A DNA stretch of 63,753 nt, counting the filler, from Octopus bimaculoides (Eukaryota), in the NCBI RefSeq assembly GCF_001194135.2. It is 4 parts of 4 records of this genome, joined end to end, with 100 filler letters (N's around TTAATTAATTAA, not from the genome) between each part and the next. Parts side by side here need not be neighbours in the genome. Positions count along the whole stretch, not along the records: positions 39,554 to 61,645 come from NC_069006.1; positions 61,746 to 63,753 come from NW_026366630.1; 2 more parts are not named here. The stretch is one strand, 5' to 3'. How positions within the stretch are numbered: the first letter of the stretch is position 1; each line of letters begins with the position of its first letter. Below the pieces are notes generated by a model. That model saw nothing but the letters and a program-made list of their open reading frames with translations, was not told where the DNA came from and made no database searches. This document shows, piece by piece, positions 53,984 through 63,753 of the stretch. The position numbers were made by a program, and so were the translations under genes.

Positions 53984-56884
53984 TGAATATTTCATTTTTG
54001 GAATGTTGGATCTTGAAGCAGACAAACTATAAAACAACAGCATGTGAATATTCAGTTTAAAAATCCTCGTGGTATATGAATCCACATCTTCAATAGGCTA
54101 CCGGCTTCAATAACTGGGTCTCTGTCGATTTCGACAATAAGGGTTCCACTTGATCCGATCGACAGAACAGTCTCCTCATGAAATTAATGTGCAAGTGGCT
54201 GAGCACTCCACAAACACATGTGCCCTTAATGTAGTTCTCAGGGAGATTGAGTGAGACAGTATGTGGCAAGGCTGACCCTTTGAAATACAGGTAAACTCAT
54301 TTTTGCCAGCTAAGTGGACTGGAGCAACATGAAAATAAAGTGTCTTTCCCAGGGATACAATGCATAGCTGGGAATTGATCTCATGACCATGTGACCATAA
54401 GCTGAATACCCCAACTACTAAGTCATATGCCATATATATAAAAATGCAGAGAGAGAAAGAGCTATCTGTGTATCATACTTAATGTATACACGTTAATTGG
54501 GCAGTTACTGTGATATTTCTTCTTGTATAACATCTCTTATGAATCTGCTTTGTTAAAGATTCCGTAAATATCAATTAGAAAGAGTCGAAAAATTCATCCC
54601 ATTGTGAATGCCAGGTGCAATTTGGCACTACAACATTGTTTGGGGCCTTTTCAAAGGCATGTGCTCACAGCCAGTTAAATGCTCAAGCAAGAATTTGTTG
54701 CATCTGATATAGGAAAAAGAAATATGAATAAAACATTCCCTGATGTTACAAAGGATTTTTAGCCAATGTAAAAATTTTTTAGCCAATTTTTAGCATTGTA
54801 AACTGCTTAATAGAGAAATTCTTATTACTCCCCTAACAACTTCCTCCTGACATTAGCAGGTATTTACAATCAACATTTTTCTGCACAAAATAATGTTCAA
54901 ACAATATGTAATTGCTTCAATCCAATCAGCATTCCTCTTATATTGGAAAATGCTTAGCCAAAGAACTTGCTAACTTTGCTATTGTCCATGCTAACTCCTG
55001 AACACTAGCATCTATTGGTTTCTACAAAAGCATTTAAATACTGATTTTATGACCACACACATTTGTTCTGCAATTTCAATATAACTAATGACACCACCCT
55101 ATCACAATATATCTGGTCACCAAGAGAAAAGATTACCCTTTAAAAAAAGTGGAAGATATGATTCTCCAAAACCCTATTCCAGTAACAATAAACCTTGTGA
55201 ATTACATACCACAGAAATATGAAGAATTAACCTTTTCCACAAAAAGTTACAGCACAAAAATTAATTCTCCATATGTTTACACGAAATCTATGAGCCACTT
55301 ATGTTCTTCCCCAGTTAAAAACCATATCTAATAGACAACCATTATATGTTTCTGCATTGAATGAGAAATCACATGTGCGTGAATGTGTGCGTAATTTTTT
55401 GTACGTAACTTTATATGTAATGCGGTACAGTTGACCTCTAGTACTTAACTGATATTTTATTTTGTCAAGTCCCTGGAGGATGAAAGGCAAAAGTTAACCT
55501 TGACGGGGTTTTTGAAGTCAGATCATAAAGGTCCATAGCTAAATGCTCTCATGGTAACGTTGACAACAACAACAACTGCTACAAAATTGCTGTTCTTACA
55601 AACGTAAAAAAGCATGGCAGTGGGTGGAGGATAATTGAACTATCCTTTAGCCCCCCACCCACCTCCCCTTCAAAGATTTTGTTTGGGTGTGTGTATGGGT
55701 TCTCTTTAAACTCTCTATCTCTTGCTCTTTCTTTATCTCTTTACTTTTCACATTTTCTGACTGTCTCTTTCGATATATCTCTACCCATCTCCCACTTTCT
55801 CTCAAGTCTATCTCTCTCTCTTTTCTTATATTCTTTCATTCTTTTACTTGCTTCATTCATTGGACTGCAGCCATGCTAGGGTGCCTATTTCTTTCCNNNN
55901 NNNNNNNNNNNNNNNNNNNNNNNNNNNNNNNNNNNNNNNNNNNNNNNNNNNNNNNNNNNNNNNNNNNNNNNNNNNNNNNNNNNNNNNNNNNNNNNNNNNN
56001 NNNNNNNNNNNNNNNNNNNNNNNNNNNNNNNNNNNNNNNNNNNNNNNNNNNNNNNNNNNNNNNNNNNNNNNNNNNNNNNNNNNNNNNNNNNNNNNNNNNN
56101 NNNNNNNNNNNNNNNNNNNNNNNNNNNNNNNNNNNNNNNNNNNNNNNNNNNNNNNNNNNNNNNNNNNNNNNNNNNNNNNNNNNNNNNNNTATATATGTAT
56201 GTATTTCTATGTATGTATCTAACCTTCACCATCTTTCTGTTTCTCTGTCTATCTCTCTCTCCCTCCCCCTTTCCCCTCATGCTTATAAATCATTCTATTT
56301 ATTACTCCTTCCACTATCTACCAACCATTCTTTCTCTTTCTTTCTTCCTTCCTCTATTTCCCTATAATTCCTCCATCACATTCTGCTAGCCTTTCTTTCT
56401 CACAATCTCATTCTTCCATCCCTTTCCCCGCACCCCATATCTCTCCCACTCTTTGAATATGGAAGGCTCAAGGCATTTATTCCTTTCCATCTTTTCCTCG
56501 CTTGTTCCTCCACTTTTGAAGTTTATATGTTGTTGGGTGGTGGTTGTGTTACTAATTATTTATATTTTTTTCTTCTTCGAGCCTCCACCCAGCCCTTATA
56601 CCCTTTCTGATTTTTCTTTTGTATATATGTATGTGTGTGAGTATGTGCCATATTTTGCTGAAGCTAAAAGACTTTCCTTGTAAATTAGATTAGCATGGTT
56701 GTCTTGTTTATCTTGTTTGTATTTATTCTTTATTTTCATGTCACTTGTCTTACTTTCATATGTTTGTTATCTATCTTCTTCCATCCTTTACAATATAACC
56801 CAAAGTCATATTCTTTCCCTTAAGACTATTTAGGGAATTTTATATTCATACTTACTGTATTGCAAAGGCTTATATATATGTGTG

Positions 56885-56924
<40 letters not shown>

Positions 56925-57399
56925 CGCGCGTGTGTGTATATACGTGTGTGTGTGTGTGTGTGTATATACGTGTGTGTGTATATGTCTGTGTATATATGTG
57001 TATGTATATACGTGTGTGTATATATATATGTGTGTGTGTATATACGTGTGTGTGTGTGTATGTCTATGTATATATATATATATATATGTGTGTGTGTATA
57101 TATATGTGTGTGTGTATGTATATGAGTATATAGATGGATGTATGCACATAGATAAAACATACACATACACACACAATCACAGATACATATGTATCTAGAG
57201 GGTTCTATCAATTCACTCATGCACATTTACTCACGCATACACGCGTGTGTGTGTGTGTGAGTATAAATATATATATATATATATATATACACATACAGAC
57301 ACACACGTGTATGTTTGTATGTGTATACACACACACTCACACACACACAATCATATTGCAGGGTAAGAGAGACACACACATATGTCTGTGTATATATAT

Positions 57400-57434
<35 letters not shown>

Positions 57435-58057
57435 ATGTGTGTATATATGTGTGTGTGTGTATATGCACAGACCCATATTCACAGCCATATAATGTGTACT
57501 CACAATAACAACAACAGTCACCATCAGCACAAACAAACTAGCACCCACACCCACACACCCACACATACACAGTTAATTGTATTGATATATTACAAGAATC
57601 ATACCCCCACCCACCCACAACGTTCCTTAGAACTCNNNNNNNNNNNNNNNNNNNNNNNNNNNNNNNCTCTCTCTCTCTCCCCCTCTGTTTCCCCCCTTTT
57701 CTTTTCCTTCTCTACTGACTGACCCATTTCAGAAAAAAAAAACACACACGCACATATATATGTATATATATATGTGTATATATATATGTGAACCTTTTTC
57801 CTCTTCCTAGCCCTGATGACTTCCACATGCTATCTTTTACATGATGACAAAGGCCTGGCCAATTATCTTAGCTGCTAGGAACCACCGTTCTGGTGCCCCC
57901 AATACTTCCATTCCACTGACAAACATAATAACGAAAAAAGAAAAAGATGAAAAAATGTTGTCATTAGTTTGTTGCAGTATTCACACAGTTATGGTGTTAT
58001 GGTCACATACATATAGAGGAGCCATGAGGATATGTTGTTTTTTTTTTATTATTCTTT

Positions 58058-58260
58058 TACTTGTTTCAGTCATTTGACTGTGGCCATGCTGAAGCACCAC
58101 CTTGAAAGATTTTAGCCCAACTAATCAGCCCCAGGCTTTATTTCTTAAGCCAAGTACTTATTTCATCAGTCTCTTTGGCTGAACTACTAGGTTACGGTAA
58201 TGTTAACACAAAAACTCGTGCACATAGATATATACATACATATGTGTTTGTGTGTGTGTG

Positions 58261-58314
<54 letters not shown>

Positions 58315-58575
58315 TAGGCATGGCTGTGTGGTAAGTAGCCAACTAAAACTTTGAGTGGATTTGGTAGATGGAAACTGAAAGAAGCCCGTCGTAGATATAT
58401 CTGAGTGTGTGTATGTGTGTTTGTGTGTGTATGTTTGTGTGTCTGTGTTTGTCCCGTCTTGACAACCTATGTTGGTATGTTTATGTCCCTGTAAGTTAGC
58501 GGTTCGGCAAAAGAGACCAATAGAATAAGTGCTAGGCTTAAAGAGAATAATTCCTGAGGTCAATTTGTTCGACTA
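58058..58575. mobile_element. Two SINE family B pieces in opposite orientation (minus 3' half 58058-58200; plus copy 58317-58575)
   Basis: cagtcatttgactgtggccatgctg (minus tail), then ggcatggctgtgtggtaag...ggatttggtagatggaaactgaaagaagcccgtc...gttcggcaaaagagacc. Confidence 0.7.
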
Positions 58576-59496
58576 TATATGAGAGAGAGAGAGAGAGAGT
58601 TGAATATATATAGACATAGACATATGTACAGATTGCATGCTTGTGTGTATGATGTGGGTGTGTGTACCTTAGTTACCATCCCAAAGGTCAGTGTGAAGGT
58701 TGTTTTCTATGACAGATTACATTTCTTTCAAATGCAGGAATGATCTTACCGAAAGACTTCCACACAGTTTCCTTGCACTGAATTTCTCTCGTAAGCAATG
58801 TTTCTTTGAAGCATTGTATGATCGCATTTTGATCTTTATCGCTAAACATTTCTCACCCCCCACAACAGCCCCATTGTACATGTTGTACACATCCTTAGAA
58901 AAAAATCACTGGGCTCCTATATATACTGCACACATATATATTCACATTGACATATACATACATATCCATATTTTTCTCCTTTCCCTTCCTCATATCCAAT
59001 ACAAAAATCGAACCATCATCTCTCTCCTCTTTACCTTTCCTCTGCCCCTCTCTCCTGTTCAAGTATCTGTCTCCTTCCACTCCTCTTCCTCCTCCTCCAC
59101 ATCTACATATTTTTTTAATTTATTCCACCCACCCCTTATTTTCCATCTATCATGCTTGTTTCTGCAGCAGTGAATTTCTTCCCTAATTACACTTGGATCC
59201 CATTCAAGGACCTTCTATTATTATCCAAGTCACTTCTCCATCAGCTCCCTAACCTCTACTTATGTTTTCCAAACCCCTTTAAAATCGTTTTAATTTCACA
59301 AAGGTTACTTCTGCATTCTTCCCACTTCTACTTAATATTTTATGTTTAAATTTCCATTACTAGATCCCACTTTGTCTATTACATTTATTTTTTTTTTAGG
59401 GTTTCTCAATATTGTATGTTTTTAAAGAAAGCACCACCACCATCATCATCATCACCAGCAATATTTTTTCCCCTCAAACTCTAATCTTCAGCTACC

Positions 59497-59531
<35 letters not shown>

Positions 59532-60378
59532 ATTTATCACTTGTTAATTAATTAATTCTACTTAATGGATTTTTTTTCTCTAATCTCCGTTTATGCAAAG
59601 TGCTCTGCAGATTATTGAATCATAGGAAGGTGCATTATAAATGCAATCAGAGGTTGGTAAAATTGGCACAGACTGATTAAGCAAGGCTAGATTGCTCATG
59701 TGTTGGAAATTCTATACTGTTGTTTTTTTTTAAAACATGTGCCTCAATTCAGTCTTCAACAGCAGCAATGATGATGGTGGCATCAATTATAATGACAATA
59801 ATAATGATAATAATAAGACAGATAATGATGGTGATGTTACAGATATAATTTCTTAATGAGGCTGACACAATAGATGTTGGTTGTCAGTCGATATGCATTA
59901 TTCATCACTCATTTGATAGCGCTTAAGTCATTGTTCATGGTTCAAATTTCACTGGATTGTGAACTCTTGTTTGTGCGCCAGTGTCGAAATTGTCATAGTT
60001 AATTAGGAAAGCAATATATATACCAGTTATCTACATGGGGGCTACTGACAGACTACATTACTAGCCTGGGAAAAGGCAATAAATAGCTTACTGCATGATC
60101 AGTAAAAGACCTAAGTATTAATTTAATCATAAGAAACTCTAAAGATCATTGGTTCATCTTTTGTTTTCTTATTCCAATTGTTAGATTGTGGCCATTCTGG
60201 GGCACTTTGAAGACTTTTTTAGTCGAATGAATTTTTTTTCTTCTTTTTTTTGAAATTCTAATATCAGTCTCTTGTTCCCAAGTTTGAAATCAGTATTCTT
60301 GTAGAACAGCCACAACCAAAAACACAGTTTTTTAAAAAAAAACTTAGTTGGCAGAGAAGGAAAGTCATTGTAATTTGT

Positions 60379-60410
<32 letters not shown>

Positions 60411-61275
60411 CATATATTTTTGTGATTCTTTTGAAATTATATTAATCTTGAATTATTATTATGCTATTCAGCTGGTGAAACTTTTAGTAGCAACTAAGAC
60501 CTTCCTGTAAATTATATATGAGAGAGAGAGAAGGGGAAATGCTACAATGACATTGTGGCATCTCATGTCAATGCAGCTTATAAAACATTCATTACTGCTC
60601 CAAAAGAAACAAAATATTCTTGTTCCTTATTGACTTTTCCTTTTTCCATTTGTAAAACCAAACTTTTATCCTTTATCCTTCACTTGTTTCAGTCATTAGA
60701 CTGCGGCCATGCTGGGGCACCACATTGAAGAATTATTTAGCAGTTTCGTTTGTCAAACTGCTAAGTTGTGGGGATATAGACACACCAACACTGATTGTCA
60801 AATACCAGGCTAGGGGAGAAAAAGAAGTACTGGGGTCAATTCATTTAACTAAAATTCTTCAAGGTGGTGCTCCAGCATGGTCGCAGTCTAAGGACTGAAA
60901 CAAGTAGAAGGTATATAATTCTAAAATCTGCCTTAGCTTTTCTGTCTACTCATTTCTCACAATTAGTTAACTTTCTTTTCTCTCTCTCTCTTTCTAACCA
61001 TTTGTTTTCCCTCCTTCTCTTTATCCTTGTTCTTCCTCCTCTGTCTGTCTGTCTCTCTTTCTGTCTGTCTCTCTCTCTCTCTGTCTCTGTCTGTCTCTAT
61101 CTCTCTCTCGTATATCATTGATCTATTTTTCTAAACCTTTTATTCAATTACATTTTTTTTCTTTCCCAATTTATTATGTGTATATTAACGAGTTTAGTAT
61201 TTACCCAGTTCATATAGATCTTGATATTTAATATTACTGGAAAATAAAAACAAACCCCACCCACCATAAACATAA

Positions 61276-61315
<40 letters not shown>

Positions 61316-61861
61316 ACACATACACACTCATATTCAATCAGTATGCAGAATTATACACATCCAACTGCAAACTCACTCAATCTCACAATCACACTCAATG
61401 ATCACACTCAGCTTCAAGCGTAACTAACTACATACACAGCCACACAGTCATATATGCAATCATACACATACACACACACACTCACACATACACTTGCACG
61501 TGCAATTGCACCCGATCATACCAGTATAAGCACACAAAAAACACATATATTAGTAATATGTACACACTCTCATATATAGTTACACATACTTTTTCACAAA
61601 CAATTATGCACAATCATATATGCTTATATATATATATATATATATNNNNNNNNNNNNNNNNNNNNNNNNNNNNNNNNNNNNNNNNNNNNTTAATTAATTA
61701 ANNNNNNNNNNNNNNNNNNNNNNNNNNNNNNNNNNNNNNNNNNNNTTGTACAAATGCAAAGCAAAAGTCAAACATAAAATGATAATAATAATGATGATAA
61801 TAATAATAATAATAACAATAATGGTAATAATAATAATAATAATAATGGTAAAAATAATCTT

Positions 61862-61983
61862 TTCTGCTCTAGGCACAAAGCCTGAAATATTTTGGGGAAG
61901 GGGGCTAGTCGATTAGATCGACCCCAGCATGCAACTGGTAATTAATTTATCGACCCTGAAAGGATGAAAGGCAAAGTCAACCT
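61862..61983 (-). mobile_element. SINE family A 3' half, minus strand
   Basis: ctaggcacaaagcctgaaa...tttatcgaccctgaaaggatgaaaggcaaagtcaacc. Confidence 0.7.
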
Positions 61984-61999
61984 TTTTTCTTTTTTTTTT

Positions 62000-62200
62000 T
62001 TTTACTTCTTTCAGTCATTTGACTGCGGCCATGCTGGAGCACCGCCTTTGGTCGAGCAAATCGACCCCAGGACTTATTCTTTGTAAGCCTAGTACTTATT
62101 CTATCAGTCTCCTTTTGCCGAACCGCTAGGTTACGGGGGACATAAACACATCAGCATCGGTTGTCAAGAGATGGTGGGGGGGACAAACACAGACACAATA
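62000..62200 (-). mobile_element. SINE family B 3' half, minus strand
   Basis: cagtcatttgactgcggccatgctggagcaccgcc...ttttgccgaaccgctagg. Further family B pieces at about 6055-6240, 11108-11222, 15685-15860, 24775-24925, 47335-47500, 48893-49045 and 60680-60905. Confidence 0.75.
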
Positions 62201-62239
<39 letters not shown>

Positions 62240-62803
62240 CTGTTGTGTCTGGGGAGAGTCATTTTCTTATTGTGCCTTAAAATTTAACACACTCACCGGT
62301 AAAANNNNNNNNNNNNNNNNNNNNNNNNNNNNNNNNNNNNNNNNNNNNNNNNNNNNNNNNNNNNNNNNNNNNNNNNNNNNNNNNNNNNNNNNNNNNNNNN
62401 NNNNNNNNNNNNNNNNNNNNNNNNNNNNNNNNNNNNNNNNNNNNNNNNNNNNNNNNNNNNNNNNNNNNNNNNNNNNNNNNNNNNNNNNNNNNNNNNNNNN
62501 NNNNNNNNNNNNNNNNNNNNNNNNNNNNNNNNNNNNNNNNNNNNNNNNNNNNNNNNNNNNNNNNNNNNNNNNNNNNNNNNNNNNNNNNNNNNNNNNNNNN
62601 NNNNNNNNNNNNNNNNNNNNNNNNNNNNNNNNNNNNNNNNNNNNNNNNNNNNNNNNNNNNNNNNNNNNNNNNNNNNNNNNNNNNNNNNNNNNNNNNNNNN
62701 NNNNNNNNNNNNNNNNNNNNNNNNNNNNNNNNNNNNNNNNNNNNNNNNNNNNNNNNNNNNNNNNNNNNNNNNNNNNNNNNNNNNNNNNNNNNNNTATTCA
62801 GGG

Positions 62804-62982
62804 ACCTTTTGAGTGGGATGGGCTACTCGACCTGAAGAAAATTCTAACTGGGCCCCACCTGCGAGGTCATGTGATGCATGTGCCTGGTGTACCCTTATCA
62901 GACGGGTAGTCATGATGGGTATACTGGGCTTTGTATATTTTACCCCAGTGTCACTTTGATGGCATGCACTGCTCTTTCACTC

Positions 62983-63015
<33 letters not shown>
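62804..63015 (+). mobile_element. Retroposon 3' end with (AAT)n tail, probably continuing from about 62240 across the gap
   Basis: GC-richer segment ending gcactgctctttcactc(aat)n; left end in the N gap. Confidence 0.5.
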
Positions 63016-63017
<2 letters not shown>

Positions 63018-63250
63018 TTAATTCTGGTTTTATTGGCCACAAGGGCTGATATAAATCAAAAACATGTAAGGACAAACACAGGACAGAAAGTACAAAGGGT
63101 TTTGTGGAGAAGAAAGGTCCGTGTAAGCATTAGAAAAACAGCGAAAAATATAACAAAACTCCCAATAGGGGGGAGGCGCTTTGAAAGGTTACTCAGGGAA
63201 AAACCCATAAAAGCCATGGGAGCTTGGTCAAACGGGGAGAGAGCCCCTTC
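63016..63250 (-). mobile_element. Retroposon 3' UTR fragment with AATAAA and (ATT)n tail, tail-to-tail with the preceding element
   Basis: Minus strand reads ...cagcccttgtggccAATAAAaccagaattaatc(att)n. Confidence 0.5.
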
Positions 63251-63753
63251 AATAATAGTAATAATAATAATATAGTAATGATGATGATACTGATAATAAT
63301 GATCCATGTAGGAGATGGAAGTCTATAACATTGACTGCCTTCATGTTATGAGGACACACCCATCACTGGAACTTCCCACTGCAACCCCTGGTTTCACCCA
63401 CCTACCCACATATCTATGGCTCTCTCTACCTCTTCCTCTCACTCCCTCTCCCTCTCTGTTCCTCTCTCGCTCCCCCCCCCCGCGCCTTGCCTGTTTGGAG
63501 TCAAGGCTTATCTTAACTGGAAATACATTCCAGAAAGATCTGTAAGATAGCAAGGGATGTGGCTTTCTGCAATTAACTAAGATATATATACATATACATA
63601 CATATATACACATACATACATGTATATATATACATATATATACATGCATATACATGCATATGTGTGTGTGTGTGTGTATTTAATGATATTTATATATATG
63701 TGTGTGGCACTCCGTCACTTACGACGTCGAGGGTTCCAGTTGATCCGATCAAC

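Overview
AT-rich, gap-riddled draft scaffold from an animal genome, saturated with (TA)n, (CA)n, (GA)n, (ATT)n and (TATC)n microsatellites and tRNA-derived SINEs. The repeat landscape looks like that of an octopod cephalopod, which is an inference and not a database result. Almost all ORFs in the supplied track are microsatellite or N-gap artefacts. The only confidently coding genes are two tandem, intronless, + strand retinol dehydrogenase-like short-chain dehydrogenase/reductases (RDH11/12/13/14 type) at 33352-34546 (gapped) and 38343-39290. They are near-identical except for a cluster of 12 amino-acid differences around and between the catalytic Ser and Tyr, which is the most interesting signal in the window. 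Also present: a Ty3/Gypsy RNaseH-integrase fragment, a dead Tc1-type transposase between the two genes, two small TIR elements, LINE 3' tails, at least three SINE families, a 43-bp minisatellite at a local duplication junction, and weakly supported candidate exons of an unidentified host gene. No CRISPR array, rRNA or genuine tRNA is supported.
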